Shown here in pieces: positions 28,601-37,732 of a stretch of 64,000 nt of DNA. Position numbers and translations under genes: made by a program. Where the stretch lies: assembly GCA_965203555.1 (NCBI GenBank), contig CBDBCY010000004.1, positions 2,026,007 through 2,090,006 on the forward strand, in the 5' to 3' direction. The notes under the pieces are model-generated. The model did no database searches. It was not told where the DNA came from and worked only from the letters and a program-made list of their open reading frames with translations. This DNA comes from Acidimicrobiia bacterium (GTDB lineage: Bacteria > Actinomycetota > Acidimicrobiia > Spongiisociales > ZC4RG35). Numbering within the stretch: the stretch's first letter is position 1; every line of letters starts with the position of its first letter.

Positions 28601-30061
28601 ATTACTGCTAAAAACACAAGTTTACGTGGAGGGGTAGGCCGGACCGACATAACCCCGCCCGTTCCCGCGGACCTGGTCGGATATGTACGCCGTTGGCGGC
28701 CTGCCATCGAGGTGCGATCTCCGCTGACGGCCACCGCCTTGGTGCTGGAGTCCGAGACCGAGCGAGTGGCGATACTGGGAATAGACCTGGCCATTCTCAA
28801 CCCCGAATACGCCACCATGATCCGGGAGATGATCGCCGAAGCGATCGACACGCGCCCCGAGTCGGTACTGTTGAATGTGAGCCACACCCATGCCGGGCCG
28901 CACACCCCCGGGCGCGTGAAGCTGGGAGGCCTGCTGGATGAGATCAGGCCTTCCGAGCAGGCCTATGCGGAGATACTTCCACACCAGATGGTCTCCGCGG
29001 CCCTGATCGCTGCGGAGAACACGGTGCCGGTGAGAGTGGGTTCGACCAGCACCGAGGTGCAGGGATTGACGGTGAACCGCCGCGAGCGGGTGCAAGGCGT
29101 GGAGGGGACGGTCGGGTCGCTAAACACCATCCTGGGCTGGAATCCCGACGGTCCGATCGACCGGGATGCGGGGGTGATCAGGGTCGACCGCCAGGACGGT
29201 TCGCCCCTGGCGGTGGTGGTGAGTTTCGGCTGCCACCCGGTGGTGGTGGGGCCCGAGGACCCGGCTATCAACCCCGACTTCCCCTGGCCGCTGCGAGACG
29301 CCGTGGAAGAGGCCACCGGGGCGATGTGCGTGTTCCTGCAGGGCGCCGGTGGGAATGTCCTGCCCTTGCAGGCGTTCATACCCGACCCCGCCGCGGGGGT
29401 GGAGTTCGGCGAGAAACTGGCGGCGGAGGCGCTGCACGCCATGGCTGGCATCGAAACGTTTGAAACTGAAATCGAGCGCCATGATTACGGTTCGGTCACT
29501 CCCATCGTCCTCTACCGGGTGGTGAGGGCCGAGAACCAGCCTCCCCAGGAGTTGGCCGTGGCTTCCACCGTGGTGGACCTGCCGCTCAAGAGAGTGCCCT
29601 CGATCGAAGAAGTGCAGGCCGAGCGGGATCACTACCGAGGCAACCTGGAGAAAGCGAAAGAGGCAGGCCTCGGACCCGAGGAACTCAATCCCATCCAATA
29701 CCACATCAGCTGGGCGGAAGCGGCGATCGCCCAGTTGGAGGAGGCCCCCTATGACCGGGTCCCGGCCTTCATTCAGGCGATCAGGATTGGAGACACCGCC
29801 ATCGTTGCCATCCCCGGGGAAGCTTTTGCCGAGATCGCCCTGGCCATCAGGGACCGGTCCCCCACAGACCGGGCCAGCACTCTCTTCTCCGGATACTCCA
29901 ACGGGGTTATTTCATACCTGCCCAGCGCCGCTGAGTACCCTCATGGTGGTTACGAGGTGGACTATGCCCACCATAGTTACGGTTTGATCGAACAGGTAGC
30001 CCCCGAGACGGAGGCGATCCTGGTTGAGGCAGGAGTGGCGATGCTCGAGGAGTTGTGGTAA
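28601..30061 (+). CDS. Neutral/alkaline ceramidase-like hydrolase (ceramidase N-terminal domain family)
   Basis: The LNVSHTHAGP motif matches the GxSHTHxGP ceramidase signature. The conserved N-terminus (VGRTDITPPVPADLVGY) lies upstream of the track's GTG at 28712, and no ATG/GTG/TTG occurs in frame between 28481 and 28711. AAGGAGG (28588-28594) is followed 6 nt later by ATT 28601, so an ATT start is inferred. Confidence 0.65.
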   Translation: MTAKNTSLRGGVGRTDITPPVPADLVGYVRRWRPAIEVRSPLTATALVLESETERVAILGIDLAILNPEYATMIREMIAEAIDTRPESVLLNVSHTHAGPHTPGRVKLGGLLDEIRPSEQAYAEILPHQMVSAALIAAENTVPVRVGSTSTEVQGLTVNRRERVQGVEGTVGSLNTILGWNPDGPIDRDAGVIRVDRQDGSPLAVVVSFGCHPVVVGPEDPAINPDFPWPLRDAVEEATGAMCVFLQGAGGNVLPLQAFIPDPAAGVEFGEKLAAEALHAMAGIETFETEIERHDYGSVTPIVLYRVVRAENQPPQELAVASTVVDLPLKRVPSIEEVQAERDHYRGNLEKAKEAGLGPEELNPIQYHISWAEAAIAQLEEAPYDRVPAFIQAIRIGDTAIVAIPGEAFAEIALAIRDRSPTDRASTLFSGYSNGVISYLPSAAEYPHGGYEVDYAHHSYGLIEQVAPETEAILVEAGVAMLEELW

Positions 30062-31080
30062 TGGTTCGGATGCGGATGAACCAGGCGGTGGCTGCCGCCC
30101 TGGGTGATGAGATGCGCGAAGACCCCAGCGTGGTGGTGTTCGGGGAAGACGTGGCGGCCGCCGGAGGGCCGTTCAAGACTTCGGACGGGCTGTTGGAGGA
30201 GTTCGGGCCCCTACGGGTTCGGGACACTCCCATCTCCGAGATGGGGTTCCTCGGCATGGCCGTAGGCGCCGCGGCCTCCGGTCTTCGCCCGGTGGCCGAA
30301 ATCATGTTTATCGAGTTCTTGGGGGTGGCGCTCGACCAGGTGGTGACGGAAGCTGCCAAATTCCACTTCCTTTCGAACGGGGTGTTCACATGCCCGATGG
30401 TGGTGCGGGCTTCGATCGGCGCCGGCTTGGGTTTCGGGTGCCAGCACTCTCAGACGTTTGAGAACTGGATGAGTCATGCCCCTGGGCTGAAGATGGCGGT
30501 CGTGTCCGGACCCCAATCCGCCTACGGGTTAATGCGATCGGCCATCCGGGATCCCAATCCGGTGGTGGTGCTGGAACCGCGGGCTCTCTACGGTGGCCGC
30601 GCCCAGGTGACTATCGGGGAGGAGGGGATCATTCCGCTGGGGGAAATCGCCAGGGTCCGGGAAGGCGACGACGTGACCATCATCACCGCAGGGGCGATGC
30701 TGCGGGTGGCCATGGCCGCCGCCAAGGCTTCGGATGACTGGTCGGCGGAGGTGATCGACCTTCAAACTCTTATCCCCTGGGATCGTGAGGGAGTCGTTTC
30801 GGCAGTGCGGCGGACCGGTCGGTTGGTGATCGTGGAGGAAAGCCCCTACACCTCCGGTTGGGGGACGGAAATCTCCTCCTACGTCGGCTCGCGTTTGTTC
30901 GGCGAACTCAGGGCGCCGGTGCTTCGGGTCACATGCCCCGATGTTCCCGTGCCGTTCGGGAGAGAACTGGAGTTGCGCTACATGCCGAACAAGGAGTACG
31001 TAACAGAGCAGATCGATCAACTGATGGCCACCGGCCGGGTACCCGACCCCTGGTGGGTGGGAGAAGGGAGCAGCGTCTGA
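30061..31080 (+). CDS. 2-oxoacid (pyruvate/acetoin/branched-chain) dehydrogenase E1 component, beta subunit
   Basis: Transketolase-like beta subunit (VVVFGEDV..GGPFKTSDGL, RDTPISEMGF). The TAATG overlap with the upstream ceramidase-like gene places the start at 30061. It precedes the alpha subunit. Confidence 0.85.
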   Translation: MVRMRMNQAVAAALGDEMREDPSVVVFGEDVAAAGGPFKTSDGLLEEFGPLRVRDTPISEMGFLGMAVGAAASGLRPVAEIMFIEFLGVALDQVVTEAAKFHFLSNGVFTCPMVVRASIGAGLGFGCQHSQTFENWMSHAPGLKMAVVSGPQSAYGLMRSAIRDPNPVVVLEPRALYGGRAQVTIGEEGIIPLGEIARVREGDDVTIITAGAMLRVAMAAAKASDDWSAEVIDLQTLIPWDREGVVSAVRRTGRLVIVEESPYTSGWGTEISSYVGSRLFGELRAPVLRVTCPDVPVPFGRELELRYMPNKEYVTEQIDQLMATGRVPDPWWVGEGSSV

Positions 31081-32072
31081 TGGGCGACGGAACGAAGATG
31101 GAACGCCGTTTGGCTTTGGCTGACGACCGGGTGGCGCGCTACGAGCGGATGGTGGAGATACGCGCTTTCGAGGATCGGGTGCAGGGCCTCTTTGCCGAGG
31201 GACTGGTGCATGGCACTACTCATACCGCCCAGGGACAGGAAGCGGTGGCGGTGGGCATTGCCGCCGTGGCTCGCACCACCGATACGGTCACCTGCACCTA
31301 CCGGGGACATGGCATGGGATTGGCCCTCGGAATGACCCCTGAGTTGATCCTGGGAGAGATCATGGGTCGGGAGATGGGATGCATCGGCGGCATCGCCGGT
31401 TCCATGCATCTCGTCGACCGGGAACTGGGCCTGCTTCCTACTTTCGCCATCATCGGCGCCGGTATTCCGGTGGCGGCGGGGGCGGCTCTGACCGCCCAGG
31501 TGAAGGGAACCGATGATGTGGCGATCGGAGTGTTCGGCGACGGGGCGTCCAATATCGGCGCCTTCCATGAAGGTCTGAACCTGGCCGCTATCTGGAATCT
31601 GCCGGTGGTGTTCATCTGCGAGAACAACCAGTACGGCGAGTACAGCCGGATCAACCTGACCACGCCCATCGACGATCTGGCCGACCGGGCCGTCTCCTAC
31701 GGGATCCCTGGAGTCATGGTGGATGGGCAAGATCCCGACAAGACGGTGGTGGCGGTGAGCGATGCTCTGGAGAGGGCGCGGTCCGGCGAAGGTCCGACCC
31801 TGCTCGAGATGAAGACCTACCGTTACGCCGGGCACTCCCGGGCCGACAAGGCCGAGTACCGACCCGAGGGCGAGTTCGAGCGCTGGTACCAGCGGGATCC
31901 GATCAACACCTTCCGGGCAAGACTGGAATCAGAGGGCCTGCTGGCCGAAGGGCAGGCTGCCGAAATCGACCGGCAGGTGGCAGCCCGCATAGAGGCGGCG
32001 GTGGAGACCGTGAAAACAAGTCCCCCTGCCGGTGTCGATGCGATGTTCCGGAACATCTACGCGCCCGCATAG
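31080..32072 (+). CDS. 2-oxoacid dehydrogenase E1 component, alpha subunit (TPP-binding)
   Basis: TPP motif GDGASNIG...NN, YRGHGMG and the phosphorylation-loop-like region YRYAGHS. The ATG overlaps the beta stop (TGATG). Confidence 0.85.
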   Translation: MGDGTKMERRLALADDRVARYERMVEIRAFEDRVQGLFAEGLVHGTTHTAQGQEAVAVGIAAVARTTDTVTCTYRGHGMGLALGMTPELILGEIMGREMGCIGGIAGSMHLVDRELGLLPTFAIIGAGIPVAAGAALTAQVKGTDDVAIGVFGDGASNIGAFHEGLNLAAIWNLPVVFICENNQYGEYSRINLTTPIDDLADRAVSYGIPGVMVDGQDPDKTVVAVSDALERARSGEGPTLLEMKTYRYAGHSRADKAEYRPEGEFERWYQRDPINTFRARLESEGLLAEGQAAEIDRQVAARIEAAVETVKTSPPAGVDAMFRNIYAPA

Positions 32073-32089
32073 AAAGGATGTACTAACCG

Positions 32090-32326
32090 ATGCAGTTTGA
32101 GGTGAAGATGCCCAGGCTGGGCGAGACAGTGGACGAAGTGGTGCTTCTGGAGTGGATGGTCGAGGTGGGCGACGAGGTGGAGGAGGACACCGAACTTGCC
32201 TTGGTCGAAACTGACAAGGTGGAGACCGAGGTGCCTTCTCCCGTGGCGGGAACCGTGATCGACATACTGGTGGAAGAGGACGCCGAAGTCGTCACCGGAG
32301 AGGTGATCTGCGTCATTGAGACGTAG
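32090..32326 (+). CDS. Stand-alone lipoyl (biotin/lipoyl attachment) domain protein, 78 aa
   Basis: MPRLGETVDEVVLLEWMVEVGDEV...ETDKVETEVPSPVAGTV is an E2-type lipoyl domain with the lipoyl-lysine in ETDKV. No catalytic acyltransferase domain follows. Confidence 0.75.
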   Translation: MQFEVKMPRLGETVDEVVLLEWMVEVGDEVEEDTELALVETDKVETEVPSPVAGTVIDILVEEDAEVVTGEVICVIET

Positions 32327-32369
32327 CCGTCAGGCTTTGCCTCGGGGGTTGGGGATGGCGACGCAGGCG

Positions 32370-32450
32370 ATTTCCACCCGCGACGCCGGGAGGCGATAGC
32401 CGAGCCTGATCCGTCGAGGGGCCCCGATCCCTCGGCGCGCGGGTGGAAAT
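32370..32450 (+). other. Structured intergenic element: 13-bp perfect inverted repeat ATTTCCACCCGCG / CGCGGGTGGAAAT enclosing a 55-nt GC-rich segment with a nested stem (CGAGGG/CCCTCG)
   Basis: It sits immediately after the lipoyl-domain gene and about 160 bp upstream of the purine permease gene. There is no U-tract. Confidence 0.4.
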
Positions 32451-32608
32451 TGGCCCCTAAAGGCCGATTAGGGCGCCGGGGAGGGCGAATTCAACCCGGT
32501 CGGCGTGGAAAAAACCACCGTTGGCGCTCCGAAATTCCGCTCTGTGGGAATAGCATGAGGAGTGGCTAGTTGTCAAATCAGTGGACAACATTGTGGAAGG
32601 AGGTGGAA

Positions 32609-33928
32609 ATGGAAGGTTTAGATACCTATTTCCGAATCTCAGAGCGCGGTTCCTCGGTAGGCACCGAGGTCCGCGCGGGCATCACCACATTCCTGGTGAT
32701 GGCCTATATATTGTTCGTAAACGCCTTGATTCTCGGCGACGCGGGTCTCGATCCTGCTGCCGTGGCAGCCGGGACGGCGCTGGTAGCCGCCATCATGACG
32801 ATCGCGATGGGGGTTTTCTCCAACTACCCGATCGCCATGGCGGCCGGTCTCGGGCTCAACGCAGTGGTGGCCTACAGCCTGACGGCCCAGGGCCTCTCGA
32901 TAGAGGGAGCAATGGGCGTCATAGTTTGGGAGGGTGTCATAGTCACCGTCCTCGTCTTGTTTGGCCTGCGGGAAGCCGTGATGGCAGCTATACCGACCAG
33001 CCTCAAGTACTCGATCGGGGTGGGCATAGGCCTCTTCATCCTGTTCATCGGGTTGGTCAACGGCGGGCTGGTCCACGGAGAAGGGGGCACGATCGTAGAG
33101 TTCGTGTTTCCCACCGAAGCCGGTCAGGGGGTGACCTTGATCGGGGTACTGATCGGTGTGGTTCTGGTGGCGCGCAAGGTCAAGGGGGCGATGATCATCA
33201 CGATCGTGGCAACCACCGTCGTGGCCCTGATTGCAGGGGTTGCCAGCGTGCCGGACAGTATCGCGGCATCCGTGAGCCTCGAGACCCTCTGGGGCTTCGA
33301 CCTCGGCAACTCGTTTGCGGAACTCGGCTTCCTGTCAGCGATCTTGGCAATCTTCACGCTGATGCTTGCCGACTTCTTCGATACGATGGGCACCGCCACT
33401 GCCATCGTCGAGCAGGCAGGATTGACCGATGAGGAAGGCAAGATCCCTCGTCTCAAAAGCCTCCTGCTGGTGGACTCGCTCGGCGCCGCGCTCGGCGGCG
33501 TGGCCGGAGTCAGCTCGAACACGAGCTACATCGAGAGCTCGGCGGGGGTGGCAGAAGGAGGAAAGACCGGTCTCACGTCCGTGGTCACGGGGATACTCTT
33601 CCTGATCGCCATTGTCCTGTCGCCGCTGGCCGGGATCGTCCCGGCACAGGCGACTGCACCGGTGCTGATCCTCATCGGGTTCCTCATGGTCGGGTTGCTC
33701 AAGCACATCGACTTTACGGACATGGAAGAAGGATTGCCGGCGCTGCTGGCCATCATTCTCATGCCCTTGACGTACTCGATCACAGTCGGGATAGCGGCCG
33801 GGTTTGTGACGCACACGCTGATCAAGGTGGTGAGGGGCAAGTCGAGCGAGATTCACGTTTTGATGTGGATAGTCTCGATTGCCAGCCTGGTCTACTTTGC
33901 CAGCGACTGGATCGAGCTGTTCATCTAG
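32609..33928 (+). CDS. Purine (adenine/guanine/hypoxanthine) permease, NCS2/AzgA (COG2252) family
   Basis: GGAAGGAGG followed by ATG 32609, then MEGLDTYFRISERGSSVGTEVRAGITTFLVMAYI, which is the characteristic AzgA/PbuG N-terminus. Polytopic profile. Confidence 0.85.
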   Translation: MEGLDTYFRISERGSSVGTEVRAGITTFLVMAYILFVNALILGDAGLDPAAVAAGTALVAAIMTIAMGVFSNYPIAMAAGLGLNAVVAYSLTAQGLSIEGAMGVIVWEGVIVTVLVLFGLREAVMAAIPTSLKYSIGVGIGLFILFIGLVNGGLVHGEGGTIVEFVFPTEAGQGVTLIGVLIGVVLVARKVKGAMIITIVATTVVALIAGVASVPDSIAASVSLETLWGFDLGNSFAELGFLSAILAIFTLMLADFFDTMGTATAIVEQAGLTDEEGKIPRLKSLLLVDSLGAALGGVAGVSSNTSYIESSAGVAEGGKTGLTSVVTGILFLIAIVLSPLAGIVPAQATAPVLILIGFLMVGLLKHIDFTDMEEGLPALLAIILMPLTYSITVGIAAGFVTHTLIKVVRGKSSEIHVLMWIVSIASLVYFASDWIELFI

Positions 33929-34059
33929 CCCCGTCCGGTTAGTTATATGTACGAGAGAGCGCTTCCCGGCGCTCTCTCGTATTTCACATGCCGTGTATCC
34001 ACCAGTAGCTGTATACAACGTTCCGGCAAATAGCGGACCTGCCAAAGGAGAACCTGGGA

Positions 34060-35076
34060 ATGGATAGCTTCGTCCGGGGCCTTCCAAAGACCGAGTTGCA
34101 CATTCACATCGAGGGGACGCTCGAGCCGGAGATGATGTTTGAGATGGGGGAGCGCAACGGTGTGGCGTTGCCTTTCGGGTCTGTCGAAGAGGTGAGAGCA
34201 GCCTACGAGTTCGACGATCTCCAGTCTTTCCTCGACATCTATTACCAAGCTGCCGAGGTACTGCAAACCGAGGATGACTTCGCCCGGTTGATGGCGGCCT
34301 ACCTGAGAAAGGCGGCATCCGACGGGGTGCGGCATGCGGAGATCTTCTTCGACCCCCAGACGCACACCGAGCGCGGTATCGGCATCGGGACGGTTATTCG
34401 GGGATTGGCGCGTGGACAACAAGAAGTAGCGGATGTGTCCTCGACCCTGATCCTGTGTTTCCTGCGTCATCTGCCGCCTGAATCGGCTGTCGAGGTGTTC
34501 GAGCAAGCCCGACCGTTCCTCGATTACCTCCAGGGGGTAGGACTCGATTCGGGCGAGTTGGGCAATCCTCCCGAGTTGTTCGCCGAGGCCTACCGCCGCG
34601 CCGTCGAGGCAGGCTTGAGGCCGGTCGCCCACGCCGGCGAGGAGGGCCCGGCGGAATACATCTGGTCGGCTCTCGACGTATTAGGTGTGGAGCGGATCGA
34701 CCACGGGGTGCGCGCCGGAGACGACCCGACCCTGGTGGACAGGTTGATTAGGGAGCAGATTCCCCTGACCGTGTGTCCCCTCTCGAACCAAAAGCTCCAG
34801 GTGTTTCCCGATCTTCGAGACCACAATCTCAAGGAGTTGATGGATGCCGGAGTGCTGGTCACCGTCAACTCCGACGATCCTTCCTACTTCGGTGGTTACG
34901 TCGGAGATAACTACCTCGGTATCGCATCGGCCCTGGATCTATCCCGTGACGATCTGATCCAGCTAGCCCGCAATTCGGTGACAGCCTCCTTCCTGCCCGA
35001 GGGTCGGAAAGAGGCTCTCCAGAGGGAGATCACCGACTACATCATCTCCTCTTGGCCTGGATCCACCCAAGGGTGA
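34060..35076 (+). CDS. Adenosine/adenine deaminase family protein
   Basis: [12 protein letters not shown] metal-binding motif, SLDL...HAGE and the C-terminal TVNSDDP segment. Confidence 0.85.
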   Translation: MDSFVRGLPKTELHIHIEGTLEPEMMFEMGERNGVALPFGSVEEVRAAYEFDDLQSFLDIYYQAAEVLQTEDDFARLMAAYLRKAASDGVRHAEIFFDPQTHTERGIGIGTVIRGLARGQQEVADVSSTLILCFLRHLPPESAVEVFEQARPFLDYLQGVGLDSGELGNPPELFAEAYRRAVEAGLRPVAHAGEEGPAEYIWSALDVLGVERIDHGVRAGDDPTLVDRLIREQIPLTVCPLSNQKLQVFPDLRDHNLKELMDAGVLVTVNSDDPSYFGGYVGDNYLGIASALDLSRDDLIQLARNSVTASFLPEGRKEALQREITDYIISSWPGSTQG

Positions 35077-35387
35077 ACTTGTTACCCGACAGAGCAAGAA
35101 CGTCGTCCGGGCTCGCTCCTTTTCTGACATGCTTGAACGGAGCCTGCGCCGCTACCAGAACAGGGCCAGGAAGGCGGGCCAGGTCTGAATCCTGGGCCGC
35201 GTGAACGCAAGTCGATCTACCTTTTCGTAAAGCTTCTGGTCGGAGACCCTCACCGGGAACTGCTTTGCAAAGGTATCGTGCTCCCCCGTCGCATAACCGG
35301 ACAACGCGTGGGTGCGTTTCTTTAGACACAGATGTGGTTGTGTACTACAATTCGGGTGAAGATGGCTGAACACGGGAGGTTGTCATA

Positions 35388-35663
35388 GTGAAAGCTGTTC
35401 AACGAACGGCGCTGCGGGAGGCAGGGTTTACCGAGGCTCAGACAAATGCCTTGGCCATAGCACTCGAGCCGTTTGCAACCAGGGAAGACCTGAGGAGCAT
35501 GGTGGAAGAGTTGCGTCATGACGTGGAAGAGTTGCGTCATGACGTGGGGGTGTTGCGTCATGATATGGGAGTGTTGCGTAATGATTTGCGGTGGATGAAG
35601 TGGGTAGGTGGCGCTATCGGCGTAGCGGTGCTGACCGAAATGGTCAGTAGCCTCTTTCTTTGA
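35388..35663 (+). CDS. Small coiled-coil, C-terminally membrane-anchored protein (DUF1640-like)
   Basis: GTG start after GGGAGG. It encodes MKAVQRTALREAGFTEAQTNALAIALEP..., then heptad repeats (VEELRHD x2, VGVLRHD, MGVLRND), then a C-terminal hydrophobic helix WVGGAIGVAVLTEMV. Confidence 0.55.
   Translation: MKAVQRTALREAGFTEAQTNALAIALEPFATREDLRSMVEELRHDVEELRHDVGVLRHDMGVLRNDLRWMKWVGGAIGVAVLTEMVSSLFL
35502..35585. repeat. 21-bp tandem repeat x4 (GTGGAAGAGTTGCGTCATGAC x2 plus two degenerate units) encoding heptads
   Basis: Read directly from the sequence. It lies inside the DUF1640-like CDS. Confidence 0.85.
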
Positions 35664-35839
35664 AGCAAAGTCGGTTTCGAATCTGTCTGCGCTGTTTCCG
35701 TGCGTCTAGTACGCGCTTCGGCAGTCCGCTTTCTGCCGGAAGAGCGACTCTGGCGAATACGGCCCGAATATGACTTACCCTTACATCATGACGTCCCCGG
35801 CGTGACAGGCCGGGTGGCATTACCCAAGAGAGGTGGACC

Positions 35840-36250
35840 ATGGAAGCTTTGTTGATTATCGGTCGGATTATGTTCTCGTTGATTTTCCTGGGGGCGGGGA
35901 TAGGACACCTTGCTCAACCCGGCGCCACCGCCGGGTATGCGGCGTCGCGGGGAGTTCCTGCCGCCGGGTTGCTGGCCCGGGTCTCGGGTGTGCTCATCGC
36001 CGCAGGCGGTCTCGGGGTCATTTTGGGGGTGTGGATGGACCTGGCCGCGCTCGGACTGGCGGTGTACGTGTTGCTGGCCGCCTTCATGGTCCATCACTTC
36101 TGGTCCGACGAAGAGCCGACCAAGACCGCCGAGATGTCGATGTTCATGAAGAACCTATCTATCTGTGGTGCCGGACTGATCCTCTTCGCCATGTCCGCGA
36201 CCGGCGCCGACATGGGCTGGGAACTGGGAACACGCCTGTTCAATCTCTGA
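35840..36250 (+). CDS. DoxX family membrane protein
   Basis: 136 aa with four TM helices and the DoxX-type GAGIGHL...HHFW pattern. Confidence 0.75.
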   Translation: MEALLIIGRIMFSLIFLGAGIGHLAQPGATAGYAASRGVPAAGLLARVSGVLIAAGGLGVILGVWMDLAALGLAVYVLLAAFMVHHFWSDEEPTKTAEMSMFMKNLSICGAGLILFAMSATGADMGWELGTRLFNL

Positions 36251-36331
36251 GATACGCGTTCTTCGGACAGCGGTAGGAAGGATTGTCCGCCTATTATCAG
36301 CCGGAGGAATCGAACACGGGAGGCGGCAAAA

Positions 36332-36616
36332 GTGAAAGCAGTCCAACGGACGGCCCTGCGGGAGGCGGGATTCGCCGAGCCTCAGATGAATGCGTTGGCC
36401 ATGGCTCTAGAGCCGCTGGCAACCAAGGAAGACTTAAAGGGCGTCGTAGAGGTGATTCGCTATGACCTGGAAGCGATTCGTAATGACTTGCGATGGATTA
36501 AAATGGGTAGGAGGAGCCGTCGGCATCGCGGTGCTGGCCGAACTGGTCGGCGGTCTCTTTTCTTAGAGGGGTTCGGATCCCGAACGGCGGCTAATAGGAA
36601 GCCGTGGGATCTTTGA
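36332..36616 (+). pseudogene. DUF1640-like paralog disrupted by a +1 frameshift in an A-run (TTAAAATGGG)
   Basis: The N-terminal 60 aa are about 75% identical to the 35388 gene, and the upstream region (GAACACGGGAGG...GTGAAAGC) is also conserved. After RNDLRWIK the frame yields an Arg-rich tail. Deleting one A restores WVGGAVGIAVLAELVGGLFS*, the TM anchor. Confidence 0.5.
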
Positions 36617-36640
36617 CCAGGCTCCTGTAGGATTCTGAAG

Positions 36641-37732
36641 GTGGGCACCAACCAATCCCCGCTAAAAGTTGCCGTAATCGGTGCCGGTTGGTGGGCGGTG
36701 GAGAACCACCTTCCCGTGCTGGCGTCCCGTCCCGACGTGGAAATCCGGGCTGTCTGTCGCAAGGGCGCTGCGGAAGTACAAGCGGTAGCAGAACGGTTCG
36801 GCGCGCCGGTGGCGACCGAAGATCATGAACTCCTGCCCTGGGACGAGCTGGATGCGGTGGTGGTTTCATCGCCGCACAGCCTTCACCACGAGCACACCAT
36901 GGCCGCCCTGGACCAGGGACTGCATGTGATGTGCGAAAAGCCGCTGGCGATCACTGGCGCAGATGCCTTCGATATGGTTACTAGGGCGGACGAACAGGGG
37001 TTGGTGTTACTTGTTCCGCACGGATGGCAGTTCTTTCCCCAGGCTGCGGTTGCCCGTCAATGGATCAAAGCAGGTCGCATCGGCCGTTTGGAGCATGTCG
37101 TCGCCCAGATGGCGTCTCCCGCTCGGGGCCTTTTTTCCGGCGAAGAGGACTCTATCCCAGGCGCGGAGAGCCCACCCGAGCCATCCACCTGGGTGGGGAA
37201 GGAGGGCGGGTACGCCTACGGGCAACTGAGCCACCTCTACTCATTGGTGTTCTGGCTGACCGGCTTGGTTCCCACCGAGGTGATGGGGGCAGTCAGTCCC
37301 GGCCCGGCAGGAAGCGACATGTATGACGCCTTTCTGTCTACCACCCGCCAGGGTCCTCTCATCTCTGTGTCCGGAGGAGCGGGCGTGCCGACCTCCCAGC
37401 GGCATCACATGGAGGTGCGGGTATTCGGAACTGAAGGAGTGGTGATCGTGGACCTGGAGCGGGACCGCATAGAGGTGGTCCGTGAGGACGGAGACGACTA
37501 CTCCTTTCCCCTGATGAGAGGCGCGGCCATCTATCCGGGGACGCTACCGGTGCACGCCTTCTGCGATCTGGCGTTGGGCTACCTCGACGCCGTAAACCAC
37601 GGCGATGCGGTTGCGTCCGCCCTTGGCATTGCGGTGATCGAAGCGGCTCTTCGCTCTGCCCGCACCCGCCGCTCGGAGCCGGTTTCTGCTGCGCTCAGTG
37701 CAGCAGAAGCAAAGGGGATAAGACTGGATTAG
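36641..37732 (+). CDS. Gfo/Idh/MocA family NAD(P)-dependent oxidoreductase
   Basis: N-terminal Rossmann KVAVIGAGWWAVENHLP and the Gfo/Idh/MocA C-terminal domain. Confidence 0.85.
   Translation: MGTNQSPLKVAVIGAGWWAVENHLPVLASRPDVEIRAVCRKGAAEVQAVAERFGAPVATEDHELLPWDELDAVVVSSPHSLHHEHTMAALDQGLHVMCEKPLAITGADAFDMVTRADEQGLVLLVPHGWQFFPQAAVARQWIKAGRIGRLEHVVAQMASPARGLFSGEEDSIPGAESPPEPSTWVGKEGGYAYGQLSHLYSLVFWLTGLVPTEVMGAVSPGPAGSDMYDAFLSTTRQGPLISVSGGAGVPTSQRHHMEVRVFGTEGVVIVDLERDRIEVVREDGDDYSFPLMRGAAIYPGTLPVHAFCDLALGYLDAVNHGDAVASALGIAVIEAALRSARTRRSEPVSAALSAAEAKGIRLD

Noticed and set aside
32480-32608. Possible purine riboswitch upstream of the AzgA-like permease and deaminase
   Set aside because: The conserved purine-riboswitch core elements (UAUAAU junction, UUUCUACC and CCGUAAA loops) are not present. 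The structured region is kept only as an unclassified element.
35502-35585. Short tandem repeats considered as a possible CRISPR or minisatellite
   Set aside because: The units are contiguous 21-mers without spacers and lie in frame inside a CDS, where they encode heptads. The same applies to 60288-60363.
35676-35690. GGTTTCGAATC, which resembles a tRNA T-arm
   Set aside because: The flanking sequence cannot form acceptor, D or anticodon arms, and no cloverleaf is possible.
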